NCBI RefSeq assembly: GCF_009914755.1
Contig: NC_060931.1
Direction: 5' to 3' (one strand)
DNA length: 64,000 bases
Origin: the human T2T-CHM13v2.0 reference genome, Homo sapiens
The translations under genes were made by a program, and so were the position numbers. The notes below the pieces were generated by a model, which saw only the letters and a program-made list of their open reading frames with translations, did no database searches and was not told the origin of the DNA. Shown piece by piece: positions 52,400 through 64,000 of this stretch (its first letter is position 1; the number at the start of each line of letters is the position of its first letter).

Positions 52400-53020
52400 C
52401 TAAATGTGGTATATATACACAACGGAATACTATCCAGGCTTCAAAAAGCAGGAAACAACACTGGAAATTAATTTTTACAACTATTTAGAAATATAAATAT
52501 AATTTATAAATATAAATATAATTTTAAACTATTTATAAATATAACAAATAGTTTAAAAAATTAAATGTCATTTGCAACAACCTAGAGGGCATTTGCTAAG
52601 TGAGATAAGCTAGGCACAAAGGGACAAATATTGTATGATCTCACATATAAGTGGCATGTAAAAAATTGGAACTCACAGAAGTAGAGGGTGAATAGTGCTT
52701 ACCAAATGCTCATGGTGGTTGGGAGGTAGAGAGAAAAAGGGGAGATGTTGGTCAGTGTATAAAGTTCCAGTTGGACAGGAGGAATAAATTCTGGTAATCT
52801 TTTACACAGTATGATGACCATAGTTAATAATAATGTATTTTATACTTCAAAATGGCTAAAAGAAGATTTTAAATGTTCTCACCAGAAATAAATGATAATA
52901 TTTGTGGTGGCAGATATGTTAATTACTCTGATTTGAGCATTCCACATAAATACATGCATCAAAACATCACACTGTACCCCATAAATATATGTAATTATAA
53001 TGTTAATTGAAAACTAAAAA
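52400..53020 (+). mobile_element. L1MA-like 3' end
   Basis: AAATGTGGTATATATACACAACGGAATACTA...CACTGTACCCCATAAATATAT. Confidence 0.8.
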
Positions 53021-53994
53021 ATACCCTCAAAAAGCACAAAAGTTGTACCATCTTCCAAGCATACTCACTTCAACCATTACAAAAGAAAGTCTGGCTTCAG
53101 ATATTATTTCATAATTTGACAAATCACTTCTTAAATAATCCAAAATTCTTGAATTTTCAGATAAACTAATAAATTTACATAATGATTTTTAAAATGCTCT
53201 TTCATTGTCAAAACTTTCATAATCTTACTTTCCTCTTTAACAGGACTACCAAAAGAAAATCTATCAGAAGTTTTAACCGGATTGCTGTATCTGAGAAAAA
53301 GAACATTTGGGTCTCTTATTTTTCCTGAGAAATTACTTGGTGATTGCTAAGTAAACAAAAAGTGTGATAAGTAACATTACTATTTTAATACTGATATTAA
53401 TATAAAGTAGCAACCATATTACATAATACTCATTTCTGACCGTAGAAGAGATAGCAGCTCATAACTATATTAATAATTATATAAAATTAGTATATATCTA
53501 TCCACTTCAAATTTCTGAGCTGTATGAGTTTTATATTAGTATGTAATTGAAAAATTATGGCTGAGTAATCCTAAATTGAGGTTGGTACAACTCTTTAACT
53601 GGAGGTGGCATGATGTGATGGAAAGAGTCCTGAAGTCAAAAGAGTTTAGTAGTTCTTGCCCTGGCTGTTACACGTAGCTGTATTTTCTTGGTTAAGTACT
53701 TTCTCTTAGGCTCAATGTCTTCCATCAGGTGTGGATCTTATCTGTCCTTCTTAACTTACAACAGTTGTTGCAAGGATTTAACGAGGTAACATTTACTACT
53801 ATTTTGTGAGATAGTGAAGTAACAGAAGAATTTGCTCTTGAGCTTTATTACTGAAACTATTCTAGAATCCCAAATAAAACCCATTGTCTATTTTAACATA
53901 GGTTTTATCATTTCAAAGTTCTGCAGTTTTCACAAAATGTTGTAAATCCTAACATTGCTTATTAGGTAGTCTATTGTTTGTGGTTTATAATTTC

Positions 53995-55050
53995 ATGCAC
54001 ACAGGTTTCTATAGCAGCCTTATTCACAATTGCCAAAACTTGGAAGCAACCAAAATGTGCATTGACACGAGTGTATACTTAAGCTGTGGCACATCCAGAT
54101 AATGAAATATTATTGACTACTAAAAAGAAATGAGCTCTCAAGCCATGAAAACATGGCTAGTGATACAGTTTGGATATTTGTCCCTGCCCAAATCTCATGT
54201 CGAATTGTAATCCCCAGTACTGGAGGGGGGGCCTGCTGGGAGGTTATTAGATCATGAGGGTGGATTTCTCGTGAAAGGTTTAGCACCATCCTCTTGGTGC
54301 TATCCTGGTGACAGTGAGTGAGTTCTCATGAGACCTGGTTGTTTAAAAGTGGGTGGCACCTCCCTTCTCTCTCTCTCTTGCTCCTGCTTTTGCCATGTGA
54401 TATGCCTACTCCCCCTTTGCCTTCTGCCGTGACTGGAAGCTTCCTGAGGCCTCCCCAGAAGCAGACGCTGGTATGCTCCCTGTAAATCCTGTAGAACTGT
54501 GAGCCAATTAAACCCCTTTTCTTAAAATAACCTAGTCTCAGGTATTTCTTCATAGCAGTGCAAGAACGGCCTAATACAGACATGGAGAAAACTTCAATGC
54601 ATATTACTAAGTGAAAGAAGCCAGTTTGAAAGGTTCCATAATGTATGATTCCAACTGCAGTATATGACATTCGGGAAAAGGCAAAGGCCTGGAGACAGTA
54701 CGATCAGTGGTTGCCAGTGGCTGGAGAGGGAGAGATTAAAGGGCAAAGTAGAGAGAATTTTTAGGGCAGTGAAACTATTCTATATGACACTATAATAATG
54801 GGGGACTCATCATTACACATTTGTCCAAACCCATAGAATGTACAAGACCAAGAGGAACCCTAATGTAAACTATGGGCTTTCGGGTGATAGTGATGTCTCA
54901 ATGTAGGTTAATCAACTAACAAATGTACAACTCTGCTGGGGTGATAATAGGGTAGGCTATGCATGTGTGAGACCAAGCAGGATATGCAAAATCTTTGTAT
55001 CTTCTTTTCAATTTTGCTGTGAATTTAAAACTGCTTTAAAAATTGTCTAT
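53995..55050 (+). mobile_element. L1MC-like 3' end, interrupted by an MST LTR
   Basis: TTCACAATTGCCAAAACTTGGAAGCAACCAA...GTCCAAACCCATAGAATGTACAA...AAACTGCTTTAAAA. Confidence 0.8.
54161..54578 (+). mobile_element. MSTA-like solo LTR (MaLR)
   Basis: TGATACAGTTTGGAT...CTGTGAGCCAATTAAACC...CTAATACA with TG...CA termini. Confidence 0.9.
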
Positions 55051-55051
55051 T

Positions 55052-55358
55052 GGCTGGGCACGGTGGCTCACGCCTGCAATCCCAGCACTTTGGGAGGCCG
55101 AGGCGGGCGGATCACGAGGTCAGGAGATCGAGACCATCCTGGCCAACATGGTGAAACCCCATCTCTATTTAAAATACAAAAATTAATTGGGTGTGATGGG
55201 GCTTACATGTAATCCCAGCTACTCGGGAGGCTGAGGCACTCGAACGTCAGCCTTGAACCCAGGAGTTGGAGGTTGCAGTGAGACGAGATCGCACCACTGC
55301 ACCCCAGCCTGGCGACAGAGTGAGGCTCAGTCTCAAAACAAACAAAAAAACAAAAAAG
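55052..55358 (+). mobile_element. Alu (AluSc/Y-like)
   Basis: Full dimer with GGATCACGAGGTCAGGAGATCGAGACCATCC. Confidence 0.95.
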
Positions 55359-55729
55359 TATGTTGACTTCATCAAAAATATTCTTAATTCATAAGTGAAT
55401 ATGTTATGGGAGTTTTTTCTCTTATTACATACTTTTCTACAATATGCTAATATTTGATCATCAGAAATGTGTCTACTAAAATGGAAATGATGGTGTATAT
55501 ACTTTATTTCTATTGGTATTTATATTTAATGAAACCACTTTAAAGTTGTCAATCAAGTGGCCTATAATGGTGAGTTGTGAAAAGACAAGGATCCAGATAA
55601 AGGTGTGTTGTCCCCCGAACCCCCTGTTCCCCACCCGCCCCCAATCCCTTGTGCTGTTTTAAAAGATTTGATTCATGAAAGACTGACAGGCACACTTGGC
55701 CTGGACTCTGTGTGCAGTTACTGTTTTAG

Positions 55730-56560
55730 GTGCTTCGGTGTCCCTGACTGAAGGAGCCTTAGAAGGACAGAACAGGCCTCTCAGAACTTGAGGACTTGAC
55801 CAGCTCCGCAGCGATGGAGTCGAGGTCGGAGTGCGCCTCTCCTAGAATCCGTCCTGGGCTCAGCTCCACGGGGCCTGTCTGCGCCGTCCTGTTACCTGTC
55901 CTTTTTGACTCCTAGGTTGAGCCCATAGATCCTCATCAAAACACTGTGCTGCACTTTCGCCACGTTTCCCACGCGGCACCCCGGTGGATTTTCCCGAGCT
56001 CTGTCATGGGGCACGGTTCCCATCCCTCGTCTCTAGCCAGCGCCCTGAGAGGCCTCTCCTCTAGCCCCAGAGGAGCCGGGGGCCACTGTCCCTTTATTCT
56101 ACGGGAGAACAAACCATTTCATCTCTCTGGGGAGAGGGTTCAGGATACCGCGGACAAGTCCAGACGCACAACTCTCTTCTCTGCTTTTCGCAGGAACCCT
56201 TACACTAGCGCTGGGTCAAAGAAGCAGGTCTCGCCGTGGCCCCGCCGCAGCAAAGCCCTGCTGCTTACAAATCATGACTTCTGAGGCGGGCAAGGACGCC
56301 ACGCCCAACTCCGTAAATGGCAGGTTTGCCCATGCGCGCGTCCTTTTGGTGGGCGCAGACCCAGCGCGCATGCGCAGACCAAGCACGCCGGCTCTAGCGG
56401 TGGTGGTCTTTGCTAGGTCTGGAGGTAGAGCAGATGCTGAGGCGTTCAAAGGAAGGCGGTGCCTGTGGACAAGCAGGCTTGCACAGGATCTGGCCCGTGC
56501 CGACCAGGGCGCCAGGACCCTGAAAGTCTCGTCCCAGTAAGCTTCCCCTGGCATCTTGCA
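55730..56560. promoter_or_regulatory. Second CpG-rich promoter-like region with a perfect NRF1 palindrome
   Basis: Non-repeat CpG cluster. GCGCATGCGC at 56366-56375 plus CATGCGCGCG at 56331-56340. Plus-strand donor CCA|GTAAGC at 56537 and minus-strand donor CAG|GTAACA at 55895. Confidence 0.75.
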
Positions 56561-57127
56561 CTTAACAATTGTTTTTTTAAGAGTCTCCTTATCCCACTTT
56601 AATAGCAGCTACCTCAGTTCCGGAGCATATTCTCTTCCCACTTCCCTCTGGGCTCTTCCGCATATGTTTCTTGAAGGTAAAGGGGATGATTAATGATTGA
56701 GAGCCCATTCAGCAACCCATGTCCCAGCTGTGTTTTCAGAGAGTGTGGCAGCACATCTCCAAGGGAAACTTATAAGAAAGAAGAAAAGTACGCAGTCTAG
56801 ATGTAAAGAAAAAAAGGTATTCAGCAGAATCACTCCTCCTGTCCTCTTCTGGCTCTGTCTCATTCCATAAAACCTTACCTTTAAATTTTAACCCTAATGT
56901 CAAATGAGTGTCATGAATTCAATCATAGAGATACACTTAAAAGATTTGAAGGAATCAAATGTGTAGCCAATGAGTGCAATTTATATCAAAGATACATGGT
57001 TCCAAGGATTCTGAAGTAGTATACACATAGGGTAAAGGAGAAAAGGTTCTCCTTTATGAGGTCGGTCCTGGGAAGTGACCAGTACATCATCTTTATATTA
57101 CATCGAACGAAATGGAGCTATGGTTAA

Positions 57128-57527
57128 TGTCTTAGTCTGTTTGTGCTGCTATGACAAAATTCCTTGAGACTGGATAATTTATAAACAATAGAAATTTATT
57201 TCTTACAGTTCTAGAGGCTGGGAATTCCAAGATCAAGGTGCCAGCAGTTTTGGTGTCTGCTGAGAGCCCAGTGTCTGCTTTCAAGATGATGTCTTAAACA
57301 CTGTGTCCTCTAGAGGGGACAAATACTGTATCCTCACATGACAGACAGAAAGAAAGAGTTAAAAGGGCCAAGATAGTTATCTCCAGACCTTCTATAAGGC
57401 AGTAATCTCATCCATGAGGGCAGAGCCTTCATAGCCTAATCACCTCCAAAAGGCCCCTCTTAATACTGCTGGGTTGGGAAGTGAGTTTCAACATAAACTT
57501 TGGAGGAGATGCATTCAAACCCTAGCA
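57128..57527 (-). mobile_element. MaLR LTR (MSTD/MLT1A-like)
   Basis: TGTCTTAGTCTGTTTGTGCTGCTAT...CATTCAAACCCTAGCA. Confidence 0.85.
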
Positions 57528-57794
57528 GTTAAGAAGCTTGAAAATTATTATGCTTCTAAGTGGCTAAGTAGGAATTTGAATCTACTATATCATTTTCATT
57601 CTGTTACTAAGATTATCAATGGAAATAGTAAATATATTAAGGAGGCATACAATATGGAGAATTTTTCTCTTATAATGTTTGTACATGACAGAAAAAATAA
57701 TTTAAAAACTTTAATAATAACTCATTAAATAGACACATTTTCTGAAGATTTAAAACTTAAAAATCAGGAGGCAAAGATATAATAATAGAATATG

Positions 57795-58830
57795 TGTCAG
57801 AGAGTGAATGTACAAATAGACAATGGCCAGACCATGTATGAAAGTAGAACTCTGACCCACAGCCTCTGCAGCCATCAGCCCAGAATGGTCAGTGACTGCC
57901 AGTATTTTGCCTCACTCCAACCAGAACCAACCAGAGAAAACCAAATAGATCCTCAAACCAATCACATAAGTTGCCCCATTTCTAGTCAGCCAACAACCCC
58001 CAATCAGAGCAAACCAGAAGCCTTTTCTTTTTTTCACCATTAAAGTTTTTTCATTTTCCTTTTTGCCTTTGAGTCTCTGTCAGATGCAAGTAATGATGGC
58101 TGACTCCCTTGCTATGCAAACTCTGAAAAAATAGGTTCTGGTTATTCTCATTTGGGTTATCTTTATGTGAACAGGTTCCCTAGACCAACAGCAAGATTTG
58201 GTCTATACCGCCTATTACTGCAGACCCCATCTTTCAACCAGTGGTTCCCGTGGAGACTCCTTGCACCTTGCTTTTCATGGCTTGTTGGGTCTTTGCTGAT
58301 GTGACTAAGTCAGCACAAGTCTGCATTATGCTTTATGTGTGTGTGTTCAGTTCCTCTACTATTTTTTCTTCGATTTTCTTGGTTTCTTAATTTGGTATCT
58401 GGATTTTGCTACTGAGTCTCATTTGTTTGGCATCTTTGGTGAAATCAGGCCATTCTCTTTTGTCCCTTCTTGCTCTATTTTTGGGCTTTCATTTTGCATT
58501 GTGCTATCTAAAGTGTTGTTTGTCATGAGAAGGAGAATCACAAGATAAAACATATCCAGTGTTTTATAAGCCTGGTATTTAAGCTGGTCTCACAGACCAG
58601 TGAATGTACCAGGCTGGCATCCTGTTTGGACAGACTTTGTTTTTGGTCACCAAAAAAACTGGATGAGGTGTCAATTTTTTTGTCCTGAGATCTTGAATTT
58701 GAGTTCTGTTTCTGATTTTCCACCTGGCAGGGGATTGGGAGTGGGGCACATTGTAGAATCTGTGTTTGGAGCAGGTCAACCATCAGATCGGGTACCTGAG
58801 GTACAAAGTGTCCAAGCATCACTTTTGTCA
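57795..58830 (+). mobile_element. ERV1 LTR (MER67/MER31-like, to ~58173) with adjacent internal remnant
   Basis: AATGGCCAGACCAT...AGAACTCTGACCCACA motif, CCAAT boxes and TG...CA ends. Subfamily uncertain. Confidence 0.5.
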
Positions 58831-58831
58831 A

Positions 58832-59770
58832 CATGAGAATCACAAATGTATAAATTAAGAAAGGAGACTTTATTTTTTATAAAAGGTTGCAGCCTATAAG
58901 GTGGCCGGCCATTCTGACAGGCTGGGAAGCCTAGCCTTTAGCAAAGACTGTTAGCAGGCACTTTGAAGGAGGAAGTGTTGGGGCAGGAACTTTATGTTGC
59001 ACGGGTTGGCTAAAGATTACATATTTAACAGGTTATAGGAAGAGCTGTGAATAATCATAAAAGAGGTCACATGAATGATGAGCATACATGCATGCTACAT
59101 GCATTCCATATTCACTTTGCATTTAAATGCATTACAGTTAGGCCCATAAGTCAAAAGGTGAAGCAGGGATATAAAGGCACTCAAGCACAGAGCCTCTGTA
59201 AACTGGCCAGAGCCAGTCTATGGTCAGTGATCTCTTATCAGAAGAAAGTTACTGAAATCAGTCTCTTGTCCAATCAAAGCAGAGGTTATGGCTTGTGGAA
59301 CAGAGGGGTCAGTTATTCAGTGTCTGTTGGCTGGTGAAATGCAATTGTTTGAATATTGCTTGTCTTGAGGTCAGTGCTTGTTTAGCTGCTAGAGGAAAAA
59401 AAAACCTCATGACAGAACAGAGTTATTCTTTAGGTGTAGGGGTGTGTCACTTAACCCTTGCCTGGCATGACTCTGTAGCAATAAGATACCCAATTAAAAA
59501 CAGGACATAAATATCTTATTGCTTAGGTGTCTTATCCAATTTGATATCTTATTGCTACAAAGAACCCATTATGTCATTCTTATGATCTCTATTTTGACAT
59601 TAATGCTGATCAGTTATTGTGTCTGCACCACAAAAGGGAGGCGGTATAATGAGGCATGTTGAGCCTCCTGTACTGTCATGGCTGGGAGCCCAGTTTTTAA
59701 GGTTTTTCTGGGGTCCCCTTGGGTCCATTCAGTCAGTTGTGGAGATTAGGATTTCATTTTTAGTCCTCAC
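58832..59770 (-). mobile_element. MER4-group LTR (MER49-like)
   Basis: ~940 bp with the typical TTTAAGGTTTTTCTGGGGTCCCCTTGG...GTCCATTCAG end. Confidence 0.55.
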
Positions 59771-60814
59771 TTTAGACTGACTGCTGCCAACTGTTATGGA
59801 TGGAATAATCTAAATCAAAATTCTCTCCTCCTCCAGGAAAAGCTGCTGCTTCTTACATGTACACTTTTAAACCACGGAGGAGAAAACACTCATGGTACAA
59901 AACTGAAGCTAAAATGTGTCCCAGGCAGAGAGAATAACATGTGTGAGACCCCTGAGATCACAAATGGTTTGTGGCATGAGCACAAATGAGCAAGGGAGAA
60001 TGGTTTAAAGATATACTCAGAACATAGATCATGTAGAAGCTTAAATATACTTGCTAAGAATTTTTCATTTTTCTCCATGAAGAAACAATGTAGAGTTTTA
60101 AGCAAGGAGAGTGACACAATTTGATTCATGTTTTGAAAGAAGTATCTATTTAATAATTATCTAGAAGGTTTCTTCTCTCAGTTAGGCACAGCCTGGTCCT
60201 ATAAGATAAGCAGACATCAAGAGCTCAATAAATTATCTGAAAAATATTCCAAACCAGCTCTATCTCTTCTGTGTTATTTCAAGGCCGTGTGTTACAGGGC
60301 TTGGCGCAATTGCTCTATGTTACATCAGGCTAATGTTTATATTTTGAGTTGTAGGAAGTGAAGATCTATTGGAAAGTTTTCACCAAAGTTTTTAATAAAG
60401 TTATTGCTGACAGCAGTGTGGAGGATGGGCAAGAGTAGTCATAAAAGTTGCGGCTCAGTGATCATTTAGATGTCTCTTGCAATAGTTTAAGGAACAAAGA
60501 AGAGCCTAGACTAAGGCAACAGGAATGGGAGACAAGGGGAAAAGGGAAAAGATAAAAAAACAGCTCATTAGTGATAGAAGGCAATAACCCTTCTATATGT
60601 CTGTGTACCTCTCACATAAATGTAGATCTCCTGGGCTCTAGGTTCTGATGGGCGGTCCTATAGGATAGAGGTGTTATCTTCCCAAAGAGAAGGAACAGAC
60701 ATCTGGTGGAAGCAGGTTTGAGAAAGAATGCGAGGAGAAAAACTAGAAAAATCATTCCACACAACTCCATTAAGGAATTTTTGTGCTAAGAGAAAATGAG
60801 ATCTAGGCAGCAGC

Positions 60815-60856
60815 TGTGCGTCTGTGTGTGTGTGTGTGTGTGTGCGCGTGTGTGCA
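60815..60856. repeat. (TG)n microsatellite with CG steps
   Basis: Read directly. Confidence 0.9.
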
Positions 60857-62104
60857 TAAGCACACTATAAAGCACTGAGAAATTATAGTATCTGTTGAAT
60901 AAAGGAAAAAGAAAACATCGTATTGAAATCAGAAAAGGGAGAATTAGTGGAGCAATATCCTTCAGAACTTAAGAGGTGATGACCTGTTTCCCAAGGGTTG
61001 GCCTACTTAGGAGCAGGAGCATTTCATCCACAGTAAGAGGAAAAAAGGAACAATGGGCAAGGTGCAGGCAAGAGGGTCAGTGTGGTCCAGGAAGCCTGTG
61101 TAAGTTGCCTTCTGCTGGCTTTTTGCGTCAGTGAAATACAAAGTCATCAGAGTAGGAGATAGGTAGATAGAGAAGATAAGAAATAGTGATCCGCAAGGAT
61201 GGAAGTGTCAGTGGATCAAGGAACTATCATTATAGCCAAGTGACATTTAAACTCAGTAGAGGAAAAATTTCACAAAATATACACACATCAGATATTTTCA
61301 ACGACTCACCTAGAATTTAATTATATTGTAAATGGAGCTTTGAAAGATTGACTAGTACAATAGCCTTTATTCAGAAATGCTCTACTTTGAAGAGAAACAG
61401 AGAAACCTTCAATTGGCATTTAGTACTAATATTTTCACATTTTTCAATCACACTGACCAGAAGTAGATAAAAATTGTTTATAGCTGGATGGTCCTGAGAA
61501 ATGGGGGTAAATGTCACAGTAGGGCTCAATTCACCTCTGAGGTATGTATGAATGAAAGAATTAATGGATAAAGGCCCTTGGGGGACTATTTTTAAGGAAA
61601 ATTCAGAAAGAAAGGTAATAATTTTGGTGTAGAAATATCTCACAATTTTGCTATTTTTAATTTTCAATTTTCTTAAGTAGGACTCAATTTTAATCTTCGC
61701 AAAATCTACAGGGTATACTAAAAACACATTCTTTAATTTGAAAAAGGAATTATACATTTTCAAGTAATTCAAAAAAGCTACTAATATTATAACAAAAGAG
61801 ATATAATCTTTAGGTGTATGAGATTTCTGTTCCTGTACTTCCCAAGAACAGTTTCTTTATACTAAACTTTCAGGAAAATTTTGTATATGAGTATTAATGT
61901 TAATTATAGAAGTAGGAAAATTGATGGAAAAAAGACAAAAATAGTAACCATAAACAAATGTGAAAAACAGCCATTTATGACTGTAAACACACATACCTCA
62001 TTGCCACTTTTATTCAGTATCTATTTTTTTCATAATTCTTGCTTGGATACTCTAACAGTTGATATTGAAATTAAGCCCTGATTTGTAGTTCTTACCAATT
62101 TTCT

Positions 62105-62403
62105 TGTTTTTTTTTTTTTTTTGAGACTGAGTCTTGTTCTGTCGCCCAGGCTGGAGTGCAGTGGCATGATCTCGGCTCACTGCAAGCTCCGCCTCCCGGT
62201 TCACGCCATTCTCCTGCCTCAGCCTCCCAAGTAGCTGGGATTACAGGCACCCGCCACCACACCTGGCTAATTTTTTTCTATTTTTAGTAGAGATGGGGTT
62301 TCACCATGTTAGCCAGGATAGTCTCCATCTCCTGACCTCGTGATCTGCCCACCTTGGCCTCCCAAAGTGCTGGGATGACAGGTGTGAGCCACCGTGCCTG
62401 GCT
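62105..62403 (-). mobile_element. Alu (AluSc/Y-like)
   Basis: Full dimer with CACTGCAAGCTCCGCCTCCCGG. Confidence 0.95.
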
Positions 62404-62834
62404 GCCAGTTTTCGTTATGTAAATACTCCCATTTCTGAGTGTAAGCTTCCAAAAGTTCTTGTATATTTAGCAATCTGACCCTGGGTGTGCTATGAGTCAC
62501 CTCCAGCCCACCACTGTTTGAATGGTATTTAAAGTGAAGGTACAGAAGCTATTTAAAAGGTCACAGAAGTAACCTAGGCAAGTGATAAAGAGACTAAATT
62601 AAGGTAGCAGAAATAGGAGAGACTATTTCCAAATAGAATAGATGGAAGGGAGCTCCTGAGGGAAATAATCCTTCCATATGTCTTTATATACCTCATATGG
62701 ATGTTGGACTGCTGTGTTCTGATGACTTGTTCTGTCAGGCAGAGGGTATATTGCCCTAAACATAGTGGATTTTTAAAAAGCAATTATCCAAATAAAAGAC
62801 TTATCCTGGAAGAGGAAATGAAGGATTGAATTAT

Positions 62835-63240
62835 AAGCACTGTGCACTTAGGTTACACTAAATTTATAGAAAAACATTTTTCTTTCTTCAGTAATAAATT
62901 GACCTTAGCATACTGTCATTTTTTTTACTTTATAAACTTAAGTTTTTTGACATTTTGACTGTTTTGTAATAACACTTAGCTTAAAATATACATTGTACAG
63001 CCGAACAAAAATATTTTCTTTTTTTACATCCTCATTCTACAAGCTTTTTTCTATTTTTATTTTTTTTAAACTTTCTTGTTAATGTGCACATTAGCCCAGG
63101 CCTACAGAGGGTCAGGATCATCAAGACATCCAAGACATCAGCAGGCCACAGAAATTTTTCAGCTCCATTACAATCATATGGGCCTGTAATTGTATATGCA
63201 GTCCCTTGTTGACTGAAATGTCATGAGGCACGTGATTGTA
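62835..63240. mobile_element. Tigger3/MER7 (Golem)-like DNA transposon fragment
   Basis: CACATTAGCCCAGGCCTACA...GGTCAGGATCATCAA...TTTTCAGCTCCATTA...TTGACTGAAATGTC. Confidence 0.75.
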
Positions 63241-64000
63241 TTTTTTTGATTTACATACTAAATATATGAGTTCGTGTGTCGGTACACTAACATATCATGT
63301 CTATTCTAGAGCATATAAAATTATTTTCAAGGGAAGATGTAAAAATAGGTATGAAGAAGTTCTGGTACTTTTTTCCCCACCCAGCAGATCACTGTTTTTT
63401 TTTTTTTTGTTTTTTTTTTTTTTTTTATCACTTGAGTGTTATGCACTGCTCTTTAAAGATTCCTGCTCTCAGGAGCACCTAAGGGTAGAATAGGAACTGG
63501 CACGCTCCCATGGCCAGGACGCTGCCTTCTGGAGGTGCTTATGGAGATGGACTGGAGTCTGGGGTCTTGGAAAGTAGGCATGTTTGATGGGCCAGTTTTA
63601 CATTAAGTTCTGTAGTCTCATTGCATCTGGCACCCTCAAATTTCTTATTAAATACTACAGCCTGGTTTTTAGCTTTGTTCCATAGTAGGAAAAGTTTGAG
63701 CATAGGAAAAGTTCTGTGCCCAAAATTGCATCCAAGAATTCAAAAGGCAAATAGAAACAGAGGTTATTTTTCATATACTTATCCGTTCATTTGACATACA
63801 TTTACTGAGCACTTAATGTGCCAAGCCCTGTTCTGCGAGTTGAGAAGTAGCCTGGAGTAAAGCATACAAAAATGGCTGCCTTCTCAGAGCTTATATTATT
63901 GTGTCAGGACCAGCATTCCAGGAAAGGGGAGCAATAAGGTCAGGGTCCCTGAGACAGGAACATCCCTAGTGTGCTGGGAAATAAATAAATCACTGTGGCT

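Noticed and set aside
55946-56554. 112/112/88-aa ORFs in the second CpG region
   Set aside because: No ankyrin or other recognisable domain. Overlapping frames are typical of GC-rich DNA.
61371-61772. 133-aa minus-strand ORF
   Set aside because: Non-ATG start, AT-biased composition, no domain and no supporting splice structure.

Overview
Primate genomic DNA, almost certainly human. It is AT-rich and dense in Alu, L1, MIR, LTR and DNA-transposon remnants. One complete protein-coding gene is present: LSM8 (LSm2-8 ring subunit) on the + strand, with four coding exons at 25960-25990, 27390-27430, 30014-30141 and 33648-33738. These splice by hand to an intact 96-aa Sm-fold protein and are driven by a CpG-island promoter with NRF1 and ETS motifs. 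Intron 1 has minor-spliceosome (U12-type) signals: donor GTATCCTC, a branch-like TTCTTTGAT with its A 12 nt before the intron end, and no polypyrimidine tract at the acceptor. Nested inside it are a U2-type donor/acceptor pair that would add exactly 33 nt in frame (a twintron-like layout), a G-run cluster and an intronic AATAAA. Together these suggest a possible autoregulatory sensor of minor-spliceosome activity; this is inference. A second CpG-rich promoter-like region at about 55.7-56.6 kb has a perfect NRF1 palindrome and splice donors on both strands. It may be an upstream non-coding first exon of the next gene (from memory, ANKRD7) plus a divergent RNA. The first ~4 kb is a decayed MER4-group ERV with a tRNA-Arg-like PBS. 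All other ORFs in the track look like chance or repeat-derived frames. Repeat subfamily names were recognised by eye and their boundaries are approximate.
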